Below, piece by piece: positions 9,868 to 18,521 of a stretch of 64,000 nucleotides of DNA. Each line of letters starts with the position of its first letter. Positions within the stretch are counted from its first letter, which is position 1. The notes under the pieces were generated by a model that worked only from the letters and a program-made list of their open reading frames with translations, did not search any database and had not been told where the DNA came from. Both the position numbers and the translations under genes were made by a program. The DNA is from Ardenticatenaceae bacterium. Its GTDB lineage: Bacteria; Chloroflexota; Anaerolineae; Promineifilales; Promineifilaceae. The DNA lies in NCBI GenBank assembly GCA_027054335.1, contig JALUPA010000539.1, forward strand, positions 904 to 64,903. The letters run 5' to 3'.

Positions 9868-10003
9868 ACTCAGGTGCGCTCAACGCCCGGATGCGCGGCG
9901 CACAATGGGGGAAGATCGGTGGCCTGCTTTTTGTCTGGCAGGGAGTCCGGCACTGTCCCGCAGCGGTGAGGCAACCATTGCCAAGTCCGAATACCCGCCT
10001 GTT
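9868..10003 (+). promoter_or_regulatory. cobalamin (B12) riboswitch
   Basis: GGGGGAAGATCGGTG, CCCGCAGCGGTGAGG and the B12-box-like AAGTCCGAATACCCGCC correspond to E. coli btuB leader elements (AGGGAAUCCAGUG, CGCGCAGCGGUAAGG, AAGCCCGAAGACCUGCC). It lies upstream of a BtuF/C/D-type operon. Confidence 0.7.
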
Positions 10004-10070
10004 TCTTTGCTCGCGATTTGCCTTCGTGGAAAAAGGCAGCCGGGCCATATGACATTTTTTTTGAACAGTC

Positions 10071-10098
10071 GGCCCACCATTGGTGGGCTTTTGTTTTG
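10071..10098 (+). terminator. intrinsic terminator (riboswitch expression platform)
   Basis: GGCCCACCA-TT-GGTGGGC followed by TTTTGTTTTG, located between the aptamer and the binding-protein start. Confidence 0.65.
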
Positions 10099-10167
10099 TC
10101 TGCGTTCGTCTCCTTTCCGCCACGGGAGCTTTTTATCATCCAGTATGTTAGGAAGGAGAATTCAGTG

Positions 10168-11511
10168 ATGAAACGTTTAACCATTTTTCTTGTTTTGTTT
10201 GTCGCCATGTTTTTATTAGCTGGTTGTGTGGCGGATGTGCAGCCAACGGCCGTACCGCCTACCGCAGAACCCACCGCAGAACCAACGGCCGTACCCCCCA
10301 CAGAAGAACCCACCGAGGCGCCGGAACCCACTGTAGAGCCTACGGCCGTGCCCACAGAAGAACCTACCCCCACTATCGAGCCAACTGCCGCACCGGAAAC
10401 CCTCAGCGAAAACCTGACCGATAGCTGTGTCGCAGAATACGACGAAAATGTAGACTACTTCCCCCAGAAAGCCACCGTAAAATACGCCAGTGGCTACACC
10501 ATCGAATATTTCAACAACTACAAAGTTCTCACCATTCCCCTGCCCTGGCAAGGGGCCGAAGAGAGTGTACAGTACGTCCTGGTGCAGTGCGGCACGCCGC
10601 CGCCGGAGGATTTTGCCGCCGCGACAATCATCGAGGTGCCGGTGCAGAGTTTTGTTTCCATGTCCACGACCTATCTGCCCTATTTGGACCAATACGGGCT
10701 GATTGACCGGCTGGTGGGCGTAGACAACGCCTCCTTCATCAGCAATGAGGCAGTGCGGGCCAAATATGACGCGGGGGAACTGACTGAAATCGGCAGCGGC
10801 GGTGACGTGAACGTGGAAGCAGCTATTGACCTCGATCCCGACCTGATTATGACCAGCGCCAGCGGCTTTGCCGACTTTGATGCCCACCCCAAATTGGAAG
10901 AAGTCGGGCTGACCGTCGCCCTCAACGCTGATTATCTGGACACGACTCCGTTGGGGCAGGCCGAATGGGGTAAATATCTGGCTGCCTTCTTTAATAAGGA
11001 GGGAGAAGCTGAAGAACAGTTTGCCGACGTGGTGGCGCAGTATGAAGAATTGACTGCTTTGACGGCCGATGCGGTAGAACGTCCTACTGTCTTTAATAAC
11101 ACGCCCTTCGACGGAACCTGGTACATGCCCGGTGGCAACAGCTACGTCGCCCAACTGTTGGCCGACGCCGGCGCTGCTTATCTCTGGGCTGACGATGAAT
11201 CCACCGGTAGCCTTTTCCTGGACTTTGAGACCGTCTTTGACCGGGCAGCCGACGCCGATTACTGGATCAATATCGGCTTCTTCGCTACGTTAGACGATTT
11301 GGCAGCGGCGGATGAACGGTTTACCGAGTTTGCGGCCTATCAAAACGGTAACGTATTCAACAATGACGCCCGCGTCAATGAATTTGGCGGCAACGACTAC
11401 TACGAAAGCGGTGCGGCCAATCCCCACCTGGTTCTGGCCGACCTGATTAGTATTTTTCATCCCGACCTGCTGCCGGAGCATGAGTTTGTCTATTACCGGC
11501 AAGTCGAATAA
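10168..11511 (+). CDS. ABC transporter substrate-binding lipoprotein (cobalamin/siderophore PBP family, BtuF-like)
   Basis: Start ATG 10168 after GGAAGGAGAA. Lipobox FLLAGC, a long PT/E-rich tether, then a periplasmic-binding-protein type 8 domain. The riboswitch lies upstream, and the permease and ATPase lie downstream. Confidence 0.8.
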   Translation: MKRLTIFLVLFVAMFLLAGCVADVQPTAVPPTAEPTAEPTAVPPTEEPTEAPEPTVEPTAVPTEEPTPTIEPTAAPETLSENLTDSCVAEYDENVDYFPQKATVKYASGYTIEYFNNYKVLTIPLPWQGAEESVQYVLVQCGTPPPEDFAAATIIEVPVQSFVSMSTTYLPYLDQYGLIDRLVGVDNASFISNEAVRAKYDAGELTEIGSGGDVNVEAAIDLDPDLIMTSASGFADFDAHPKLEEVGLTVALNADYLDTTPLGQAEWGKYLAAFFNKEGEAEEQFADVVAQYEELTALTADAVERPTVFNNTPFDGTWYMPGGNSYVAQLLADAGAAYLWADDESTGSLFLDFETVFDRAADADYWINIGFFATLDDLAAADERFTEFAAYQNGNVFNNDARVNEFGGNDYYESGAANPHLVLADLISIFHPDLLPEHEFVYYRQVE

Positions 11512-11517
11512 TGTGAG

Positions 11518-11564
11518 ACGTGATGCGTGATGCGTAAAGACGTGACACGCATCACGCATCACGT
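11518..11564 (+). terminator. GTGATGC-family hairpin acting as probable terminator
   Basis: ACGTGATGCGTGATGCGT ... ACGCATCACGCATCACGT, an 18-bp stem that runs into TTTT, 7 nt after the stop of the binding-protein gene. Confidence 0.6.
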
Positions 11565-11581
11565 TTTCATGCATCACGTCA

Positions 11582-12676
11582 ATGAGCGATATAACTGCTA
11601 CACCTCAAATCCAAGTCCGTACCTGGCCCCAACTTGGCTTGCGCTGGACGGCCGTATCTACCCTTCTCCTCATCTTAATTGCCTTGTTCCTCCTCAGCCT
11701 CACCCTGGGGTCTGTGCGTATTCCCCTGCGGCAAATTGTGGTCATTCTGTGGGGCGGGGAGGCGGATAAAGCGACGTGGGTGACCATTGTGTACGCCTTC
11801 CGTCTGCCGAAGGCGGTTACGGCTGTACTTGCCGGGGCCGCCCTCTCCGTCAGCGGCTTGCAAATGCAGACCATGTTTCGTAACCCGTTGGCCGGGCCGT
11901 TTATCCTGGGGATCAATTCCGGGGCCAGTCTGGGCGTGGCCCTGATTGTCCTGACCGTAGGTGCAGCGGGAACGACGCTGCTGGCCGGATTGGGGCTGCT
12001 GGGCGGTTTTGGCGTTATCATAGCTGCCAGCCTGGGGGCGGGGTTGGTGCTGCTCCTCGTTCTCCTCCTCTCCCGCTACGTGGACACGATGACCCTGCTC
12101 ATTTTGGGGCTGATGTTTGGCTACATCACCGGGGCGTTGGTCAGCCTTTTGCTTTATTTCAGCAACCCGGAGCGCATTCAGGCGTACATTTCCTGGACGT
12201 TTGGCAGTTTCGGCGGCGTTACCTGGGGGCAGTTACAGGTGATGATTCCGGCCGTTACTGCCGGGTTGCTGCTGGCCTGGCTGTCTGCCAAATCGCTTAA
12301 TGCCTTGCTGTTGGGGGAGACGTATGCCCGTAGTTTGGGCCTGAATGTGCAGCGGGCGCAGGCGGCGATTATTTTGAGTACGGCCGTCCTCGCCGGAACC
12401 ATCACTGCTTTTTGCGGCCCCATCATTTTTATCGGTGTCGCTGTGCCCCACCTGTGCCGCATTGCTTTTCGCAGCGCCGACCATCGCCTGCTCATTCCCG
12501 CCGCCATTTTGCTGGGCGCGATTGTGGCCCTGCTGGCTGATTTGATTGCCCAGGTCCCCGGCAGCCAGGTCATCCTGCCTTTGAATGCGGTGATGGCCCT
12601 ACTCGGCGTTCCCGTGGTTATCTGGGTCATTCTGCGCCGCCGTAGCCTCCGCTCATCCTTTGCCGGAGGGCAGTGA
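11582..12676 (+). CDS. FecCD/BtuC-family ABC transporter permease
   Basis: About 10-TM protein with the typical FecCD C-terminal region (LGETYARSLGLNV, FIGVAVPH). Confidence 0.85.
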   Translation: MSDITATPQIQVRTWPQLGLRWTAVSTLLLILIALFLLSLTLGSVRIPLRQIVVILWGGEADKATWVTIVYAFRLPKAVTAVLAGAALSVSGLQMQTMFRNPLAGPFILGINSGASLGVALIVLTVGAAGTTLLAGLGLLGGFGVIIAASLGAGLVLLLVLLLSRYVDTMTLLILGLMFGYITGALVSLLLYFSNPERIQAYISWTFGSFGGVTWGQLQVMIPAVTAGLLLAWLSAKSLNALLLGETYARSLGLNVQRAQAAIILSTAVLAGTITAFCGPIIFIGVAVPHLCRIAFRSADHRLLIPAAILLGAIVALLADLIAQVPGSQVILPLNAVMALLGVPVVIWVILRRRSLRSSFAGGQ

Positions 12677-12679
12677 TCC

Positions 12680-13702
12680 ATGAGCGCTCCCGTTCTCCAA
12701 ACCCATGATTTAACTATCGGCTACCGCTACGGCCGTAAAAAGCCTCGTATCGTTGCCGGAGGCTTAAACGTTACTTTGCGTCAGGGCGAATTGGTTTGCC
12801 TGCTGGGGCCAAACGGCGCAGGGAAATCCACTTTGCTGCGCACGATGGCCGGTTTGCAGCCGCCGCTGCACGGCCGTATCAGCCTCCACGGTGACGATTT
12901 AACCCGTTTAACCCCGGCCCAAATTGCTCGCCGCCTCAGCATTGTCCTGACGGAGCGGGTGGATGCCGGAGCGATGACCGTTTACGGGCTGGTAGCTCTG
13001 GGGCGGCATCCTTACACCAATTGGGCCGGACAGTTGCGGGGTGAGGATGAGGTGGTGGTGCGTTGGGCGTTAACGGCCGTGGGCGCAGCCGATTTAGCCG
13101 GGCGACAAGTTAACACTCTGAGCGACGGCGAACGGCAAAAAGTGATGATTGCTCGCGCCCTGGCTCAGGAACCGGCCCTTATCCTCCTCGACGAACCGAC
13201 TGCCTATCTCGATCTGCCCCGCCGCGTGGAAATCATGCGCATCCTGCGCCAACTGGCCCGGCAGGAAGGGCGGGCCATTCTCCTTTCCACTCACGATCTG
13301 GAGTTAGCCCTGCGTCTGGCTGACCAACTGTGGCTGATGGCTGCTGATGGTTCTCTGCAAACGGGTATGCCGGAAGATTTGGTGTTAAGCGGCGCATTCG
13401 GCCGTACTTTCCCCAGTGATGGCGTAACCTTTGACCGGCAAACCGGTTCGTTCCGCCTGCTGGAGCAGCCTATTGGCCGGATCGATCTGGCCGGCAACGG
13501 TGCGGGCGCCTTCTGGACGATGCGGGCGCTGGAGCGGGCTGGTTTTGCTGTGGATCGCGGCCTCAATGGTGCTTCGGTTCAGGTGGAAGTGTTGCATGGG
13601 GACGGCCGTTACTGTTGGCGTCTCAAAATAGACGGGCAAAGCCGAGCTTGCCCGTCGCTTCAGGAATTACTGTATCTCTTGAGGGAAGATAAATCCGGCT
13701 GA
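12680..13702 (+). CDS. ABC transporter ATP-binding protein (BtuD/FepC-like) with C-terminal extension
   Basis: Walker A GPNGAGKST, signature LSDGERQ and Walker B LILLDEP, plus about 90 extra C-terminal residues. Confidence 0.85.
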   Translation: MSAPVLQTHDLTIGYRYGRKKPRIVAGGLNVTLRQGELVCLLGPNGAGKSTLLRTMAGLQPPLHGRISLHGDDLTRLTPAQIARRLSIVLTERVDAGAMTVYGLVALGRHPYTNWAGQLRGEDEVVVRWALTAVGAADLAGRQVNTLSDGERQKVMIARALAQEPALILLDEPTAYLDLPRRVEIMRILRQLARQEGRAILLSTHDLELALRLADQLWLMAADGSLQTGMPEDLVLSGAFGRTFPSDGVTFDRQTGSFRLLEQPIGRIDLAGNGAGAFWTMRALERAGFAVDRGLNGASVQVEVLHGDGRYCWRLKIDGQSRACPSLQELLYLLREDKSG

Positions 13703-13797
13703 AGTTGTTTTAGCTGTATTTGGGAGACGGCCGTTAACAATGTGGTAAAATCATTTGCCAAAATCCGTTCCTTTCTTCATTCGTTGTGGAGGCAGTG

Positions 13798-14973
13798 ATG
13801 AGCCAAACATTTGACGCAGTAATTATCGGCGGCGGTATTATGGGATGCAGTACCGCCTTTCAGTTGGCCCGGCGCGGCCTGAAAGTGGCCTTGCTGGAAA
13901 AGGAGACCATTGGCGCGGGGCCGACGGGGCAATCTTCCGCCATTATCCGCCAGCATTATTCCAATGAGTTGACGGCGCGGATGGCGCTGCACAGTTTGCG
14001 CGTCTTCCAGAACTTTGCGGAAGAGGTGGGCGGCGAGTGCGGTTTTACCCAGACCGGTTTTGTGATGATGGTGGACGCCAAAGACAAGGCCGGCCTGGAG
14101 GCTAACATCGCCTTGCAGCGGCGTTTGGGCATCCAGACGGAGCTATTGGCTCCTGAAGCGGTGCGGGAGATTATTCCGGGGATGGCAACGGCCGATCTCA
14201 CGGCCGTCGCTTACGAACCGGAAAGCGGCTACGCAGACCCCTACCTGACAGTGACGGCCTACGCCCAGGCGGCCCGCCGTCACGGGACGCAAATTTTTCA
14301 GAATACGGCCGTAACCGGCATTCAACTGCGCGGGGGCAAAGTGACGGGGGTGATTACGGCCGACGATTCCTTCGCCGCCCCTCTCGTTCTCAACTGCACC
14401 GGGGCCTGGAGCGGCCGTATTGCTCAAATGGTCGGGCGGGAACTGCCGGTCAACGCCTGCCGCGTCCAGGTTTCCTTCTTCCGCCGCCCGCCGCAGGCAG
14501 CCGCACCCCACCCCGTCGTGGCCGACTTCATCCACGCCGTTTACTTCCGCGCCGAAACGGGTGGGCTGACCCTCGTCGGCCTCATTGATCCGGCCGAAGC
14601 AGAGGCCATCGTAGACCCGAACAATTTCCGCACGGGACTGGATGATGCGTTTGTCCTGGAATCGGGCGAACGGTTGATGGCCCGCTGGCCGGCCATGGAA
14701 CAGAGTCAGGTGACCGGCGGTTACGCTTCCCTCTACGCCATCACCCCGGACTGGCATCCCATTGTGGATGAACTGTTGCCGGGCAGCAGCCTGTACACGT
14801 GCAGCGGCTTCAGCGGCCACGGTTTCAAACTCGGCCCGGCCGTCGGGTTGATGCTGGCTGATCTGGCGACGGGCGTGAGCGATCCGTTGTTTGAGGCGGG
14901 GATGTTTAGGTACGGCCGTTTCGCCGAAAACGATCCCGTGCGTGGCCAGTACGAATACAGCATCGTCGGCTGA
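13798..14973 (+). CDS. FAD-dependent oxidoreductase (DAO / sarcosine oxidase beta-like)
   Basis: N-terminal dinucleotide-binding motif FDAVIIGGGIMGCSTAFQLARRGLKVALLEKE. Length and C-terminal GFSGHGFK are typical of the DAO family. Confidence 0.75.
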   Translation: MSQTFDAVIIGGGIMGCSTAFQLARRGLKVALLEKETIGAGPTGQSSAIIRQHYSNELTARMALHSLRVFQNFAEEVGGECGFTQTGFVMMVDAKDKAGLEANIALQRRLGIQTELLAPEAVREIIPGMATADLTAVAYEPESGYADPYLTVTAYAQAARRHGTQIFQNTAVTGIQLRGGKVTGVITADDSFAAPLVLNCTGAWSGRIAQMVGRELPVNACRVQVSFFRRPPQAAAPHPVVADFIHAVYFRAETGGLTLVGLIDPAEAEAIVDPNNFRTGLDDAFVLESGERLMARWPAMEQSQVTGGYASLYAITPDWHPIVDELLPGSSLYTCSGFSGHGFKLGPAVGLMLADLATGVSDPLFEAGMFRYGRFAENDPVRGQYEYSIVG

Positions 14974-14984
14974 CATTCAGAGAA

Positions 14985-15013
14985 ATTGGTTCAATCTGTC
15001 AGATTGAACCAAT
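14985..15013. repeat. perfect palindromic hairpin ATTGGTTCAATCTG-T-CAGATTGAACCAAT
   Basis: Lies between convergent genes, so it is a probable bidirectional terminator. A half-copy, CAGATTGAACCAAT, recurs at 3373-3386. Confidence 0.7.
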
Positions 15014-15027
15014 CTTCGGATTCGTGT

Positions 15028-15327
15028 TTAATAATGGTATCGGGCTTGTAAAAAATCTATTCTTTCGTGACTTACCAGATACACAATCCGATGTTCCTGC
15101 GTCAAACGTCTTGACCACATACCGGATGCCAGATATTTTAGTGGTTCGGGTTTGCCAATGCCTCTAAACGGGTCGCGCATAATAGCTTCTATGAGATTGA
15201 AGGCTCGTAAAGCTGTTTTTCGGTCTGTCTTAATCCAGTATTGTAAATCTTCGCGGAACTCAGGATGAAAAACTGCCAGCCGTTTTTCGATAGATAGCGG
15301 TTGGTTAGACTTTTTCTTCTTTGCCAA
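15028..15327 (-). CDS. yoeB: YoeB/Txe-family toxin (mRNA interferase)
   Basis: The C-terminal two-thirds aligns with E. coli YoeB (FRGIGKPEPLKYLASGMWSRRLTQEHRIVYLV...ARYHY). The listed start is TTG overlapping the antitoxin end, so the true start is uncertain. Confidence 0.85.
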   Translation of the reverse strand: MAKKKKSNQPLSIEKRLAVFHPEFREDLQYWIKTDRKTALRAFNLIEAIMRDPFRGIGKPEPLKYLASGMWSRRLTQEHRIVYLVSHERIDFLQARYHY

Positions 15328-15598
15328 GTCCTACCTCGCTGCGTAATTCATCAATTGTTTGAGGCACGCCTTCGCCTGCTTGCGCCCGTGTCAGAGCCGT
15401 TAACAGCCGTTCTGCATTTTTGGGGGAGCGCAGCAAATGAGCTGTTTCCTGGAGGCTGGACAACTCGCTTTCAGAAATCAAGGCCACGTTTTCTGCCCCG
15501 CGCCGGGTGATAATGATTGTCTCCCGATTCAACGTAACGTCATCCCAAAATTTGGCAAAGTTTTCCCGCGCTTGTGTATAAGTAACTTGAATTGGCAT
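15305..15598 (-). CDS. yefM: YefM/Phd-family antitoxin
   Basis: MPIQVTYTQARENFAKFWDDV...IITRRGAENVALISESELSSLQETAHLLRSPKNAERL closely parallels E. coli YefM. Start set at ATG 15598. Confidence 0.85.
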   Translation of the reverse strand: MPIQVTYTQARENFAKFWDDVTLNRETIIITRRGAENVALISESELSSLQETAHLLRSPKNAERLLTALTRAQAGEGVPQTIDELRSEVGLGKEEKV

Positions 15599-15614
15599 AA
15601 CAACTCCATCTGAA

Positions 15615-15645
15615 ATATATTGTACAGGTTTACTGTACAATATAT
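15615..15645. promoter_or_regulatory. candidate yefM-yoeB operator (inverted repeat with two TGTACA cores)
   Basis: ATATATTGTACAG-gttta-CTGTACAATATAT with perfect 13-nt arms, 17 nt upstream of the yefM start. TGTACA is the known core of E. coli yefM-yoeB operator palindromes. Confidence 0.6.
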
Positions 15646-15663
15646 TAATGCGCGTGTCAACGA

Positions 15664-18252
15664 TTAGCTATTTCCATTTTTCCGTTTCACCACCCGCTTC
15701 TTTTTGGGTAGCTGCATCGGCAGTTTGGTACGGCGGATACCGTCAAACTGGTAGAGGGCGTTAGCTACGGCCCCGGCCGTGGGAACCAGGCCGATTTCGC
15801 CGACCCCTTTGGCCCCATACGGCCCATACGGGTCCGGCACTTCCACGCCGATGATTTCCATTTCCGGCATCTCTTTGGCGCGGAGAATGCCCATTTTACG
15901 CAGGCGGGTGGTCACGGGACGGCCGTCTTTCATCGGCATATTCTCGCTAATCGCGTACCCCAGCCCCATGTGCAGCGAGCCTTCCAACTGCCCCTCAAAC
16001 AACGTCGGATTAAAAATTTTACCCGCGTCATGCGCGGCCGTAATCTTTTCAATCTGCCCATTCTCATCCAGCGTCACCAGCTGCGTGGCGTAGCTGTAGG
16101 AGTAATGAGTGTACACCTTTTCCACCATCGCCCCCGGTTTTGTCGTCCAGTCCACCACCCATTCCCCCTCATACACGTTACCCACCAGATCGGCCAGGTC
16201 AGCCGTTTCCAGATTGGCTTTCAGCTCCCGGCAGGCGTCAATAGTGGCGTTGCCTACCAGCGAGGTGGCCCGCGACGCCGTCGTCATCCCTGCTTCCTGC
16301 TCCGACACCGTGTCTACCCGCACTTCCACGATAGAGGGGTCAATTCCCGTTTCATTACACAACGTTTGCAAGGCCATCGTATGCACACCTTGCCCCATTT
16401 CCGTCCAGCCGTGATCAATGATGACCCGATCCGGCGCGGCAATGGTGATGCGCACTTGGGCAGCGTCTGGCATTCCGTTGCCAATGCCTGTATTTTTCAG
16501 GCCGCAGGCCAGCCCGGCGTATTTGGCGGCGTAGAATTGGTCTTTAACGGCGAGCAGGGTTTCCCGCGCTCCGGCCCCGGCTTCAATAACTTGCCCGGTG
16601 GCAGTCATGTCACCGTCCTGCAAGGCGTTGGCGTAGCGGAATCGCCAGCGGTCAAAGCTGCCCTGTTCGCACAATTCGTCAATCAGGCTTTCCAGGCCGA
16701 AGATGGCCTGGTTGACGCCAAAACCGCGCATTGCGCCGCAGGGGATGTTGTTGGTGTATACGGCCGTAGCCTCCACGTCTGTCACCGGCACAGAGTACGC
16801 CCCCGTGGCGTGCCCGGCAGCCCGTTCCAGCACCTTCATGCCCACCGAAGCATAGGCCCCCGTATCCCCCACAAATTGCACCTTCACAAACGTCAACTTG
16901 CCGGCCGCGTCACAGCCAACTTCATAATTCATCCAGATGGGGTGCCGTTTGGGGTGCATCATAATGGATTCATCCCGTGTCAGGCGCACTTTGACGGGTG
17001 TTCCCAGCAAATAAGCTGCCAGCGCCGCATGTCCTTGCACCGTCAAATCTTCCTTGCCGCCAAAGCCGCCCCCATTGGGAACCAGAATGACACGCACCTG
17101 CTCTTTAGGCAATCCCAGCAATTTAGCAATCTGCGCCCGGTCTTCATAAACGCCCTGCCCTTGCGAGAGAATTGCCACGCCGCCCTCGGCCGGATAAGCG
17201 ACGCACGCTTCCGGTTCCATGTAGCCGTGTTCAATGCGCTGTGTTTCAAATTCTCTCTGGGCAATGTAGGCCGATTTGGCCCGCGCCTCGGCCACATCTC
17301 CCCGGCTGGTGATGGTTTTGGAGAGGATGTTGCCCCCTTCGTGGACGGCCGGTGCGTTTGGCTGCATGGCCGTGTGCATGTCCGTCACCGGTTCCAGCAC
17401 GTCATATTCCACCTGGACGAGGGTGACGGCTTGCCGGGCAACCTCTTCCGTTTCGGCTACTACCAGGGCCAGTACGTCCCCCACGTAGCGGGTGGTTTCC
17501 CCTTCGGACACCAGAAGCGGCCAATCTTGCCGGATGAGGCCGATAACGCGGTCACCGGGGACGTCTTGGGCTGTAAAAATGCGAATCACACCGGGCAAAG
17601 CGGCTGCCGCACCGGTATCAATTCGCAAAACTGTGGCGCGGGGATGGTCGCTGAAGCGCAGCGCACCGTACACCATCCCGTCCAGGCGAATGTCGTCTAC
17701 GAATCTGTGCTGCCCCAGCACCAGTTTCTGGGCGTGATATTTGGGTTGGCGGCTGCCGATACGGCCGTCACCCTGCGGTTCCGGTATCTCTTCTTCCTTG
17801 CGAATAGCCTCAGCCGCGTACAACACCGAATCCACAATCTTCTTATACCCCGTGCAGCGGCACAAATTCGGCGTCAGCGCTTTGGCTACGTCTGCCCGTG
17901 TCGGTTCCGGGTTTTTGTTGATGAGGGCATTGGACTGCATCACAATGCCGGGGATGCAAAAACCACACTGCACGCCGCCCTTTTCCACAAAGGCGTTGGC
18001 AAATACCTTTTGCCGGTACTCACCCAGCCCTTCTGTCGTCGTCACTGTGCCGTTGGCCGCCTTCTTCATCGGCGTCACGCAGGACAGTACCGCTTTGCCG
18101 TTCAAATCTACCACACACGCGCCGCAAGCCGCCTGGGGCGCGCAGCCGTTCTTAGGCGACACGATCCCTATTTCCTCGCGCAAATACGTCAACAAGGGCA
18201 AATCGGGATCGCCGGTAAATATTAATTCCTGACCGTTTAAGAAAAATTTCAT
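15664..18252 (-). CDS. molybdopterin aldehyde oxidoreductase / xanthine dehydrogenase family protein (Mop-type, 2x[2Fe-2S] + MoCo, no FAD domain)
   Basis: The N-terminus carries both 2Fe-2S motifs (CAPQAACGACVV; CGFCIPG...CRCTGY). These are followed by a/b-hammerhead and MoCo-binding domains (GGGFGGK, the Glu-containing loop near GVGEIG). Confidence 0.8.
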   Translation of the reverse strand: MKFFLNGQELIFTGDPDLPLLTYLREEIGIVSPKNGCAPQAACGACVVDLNGKAVLSCVTPMKKAANGTVTTTEGLGEYRQKVFANAFVEKGGVQCGFCIPGIVMQSNALINKNPEPTRADVAKALTPNLCRCTGYKKIVDSVLYAAEAIRKEEEIPEPQGDGRIGSRQPKYHAQKLVLGQHRFVDDIRLDGMVYGALRFSDHPRATVLRIDTGAAAALPGVIRIFTAQDVPGDRVIGLIRQDWPLLVSEGETTRYVGDVLALVVAETEEVARQAVTLVQVEYDVLEPVTDMHTAMQPNAPAVHEGGNILSKTITSRGDVAEARAKSAYIAQREFETQRIEHGYMEPEACVAYPAEGGVAILSQGQGVYEDRAQIAKLLGLPKEQVRVILVPNGGGFGGKEDLTVQGHAALAAYLLGTPVKVRLTRDESIMMHPKRHPIWMNYEVGCDAAGKLTFVKVQFVGDTGAYASVGMKVLERAAGHATGAYSVPVTDVEATAVYTNNIPCGAMRGFGVNQAIFGLESLIDELCEQGSFDRWRFRYANALQDGDMTATGQVIEAGAGARETLLAVKDQFYAAKYAGLACGLKNTGIGNGMPDAAQVRITIAAPDRVIIDHGWTEMGQGVHTMALQTLCNETGIDPSIVEVRVDTVSEQEAGMTTASRATSLVGNATIDACRELKANLETADLADLVGNVYEGEWVVDWTTKPGAMVEKVYTHYSYSYATQLVTLDENGQIEKITAAHDAGKIFNPTLFEGQLEGSLHMGLGYAISENMPMKDGRPVTTRLRKMGILRAKEMPEMEIIGVEVPDPYGPYGAKGVGEIGLVPTAGAVANALYQFDGIRRTKLPMQLPKKKRVVKRKNGNS

Positions 18253-18270
18253 AATGGACTCCTAAAAAGT

Positions 18271-18317
18271 GTAGAGCGATTTTGTAAATCACTGTCCGAT
18301 TTACAAAATCGGGCTAC
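18271..18317. repeat. GTAG...CTAC REP-like hairpin
   Basis: GTAGAGCGATTTTGTAAATC-actgtcc-GATTTACAAAATCGGGCTAC. Shares the CGATTTTGTAAATC core with the copy at 38971. Confidence 0.8.
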
Positions 18318-18460
18318 AATGGAGGGCAAGCAGATGTGAAATCTGGGGAACTGTTTCACACCTCGCCCGGCACGCTTGCCCGGACAAACCCACGAATCCA
18401 GGGTGGCTAAATAAGGACGACCCCATTATACTGACGAATGTCACGTTTTGCATAAAATCG

Positions 18461-18488
18461 TTGCCATATTTTACCTTATGCGTATAAT
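18461..18488 (+). promoter_or_regulatory. candidate sigma-70-type promoter of the nucleoside ABC operon
   Basis: TTGCCA, a 16-nt spacer, then TATAAT, about 35 nt upstream of the first permease ORF. Confidence 0.45.
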
Positions 18489-18521
18489 CCTCTGAATTAT
18501 CGAAAAAACCTGTTTACCCAT

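Noticed and set aside
15970-18225. 751-aa plus-strand ORF, the longest non-annotated ORF in the track
   Set aside because: It is entirely antisense to the well-supported molybdo-aldehyde oxidoreductase gene. The composition is Arg/Gly/His/Pro-rich and low-complexity, which is typical of shadow ORFs in GC-rich DNA, and it has no recognisable motifs.
18318-18460. Purine or other riboswitch between the xanthine-dehydrogenase-family gene and the nucleoside ABC operon
   Set aside because: I found no purine-aptamer core (UAUAAU...GAUAUGG...CCGUAAA...GACUAUG) or any other recognisable aptamer signature. Only a promoter-like element was seen.
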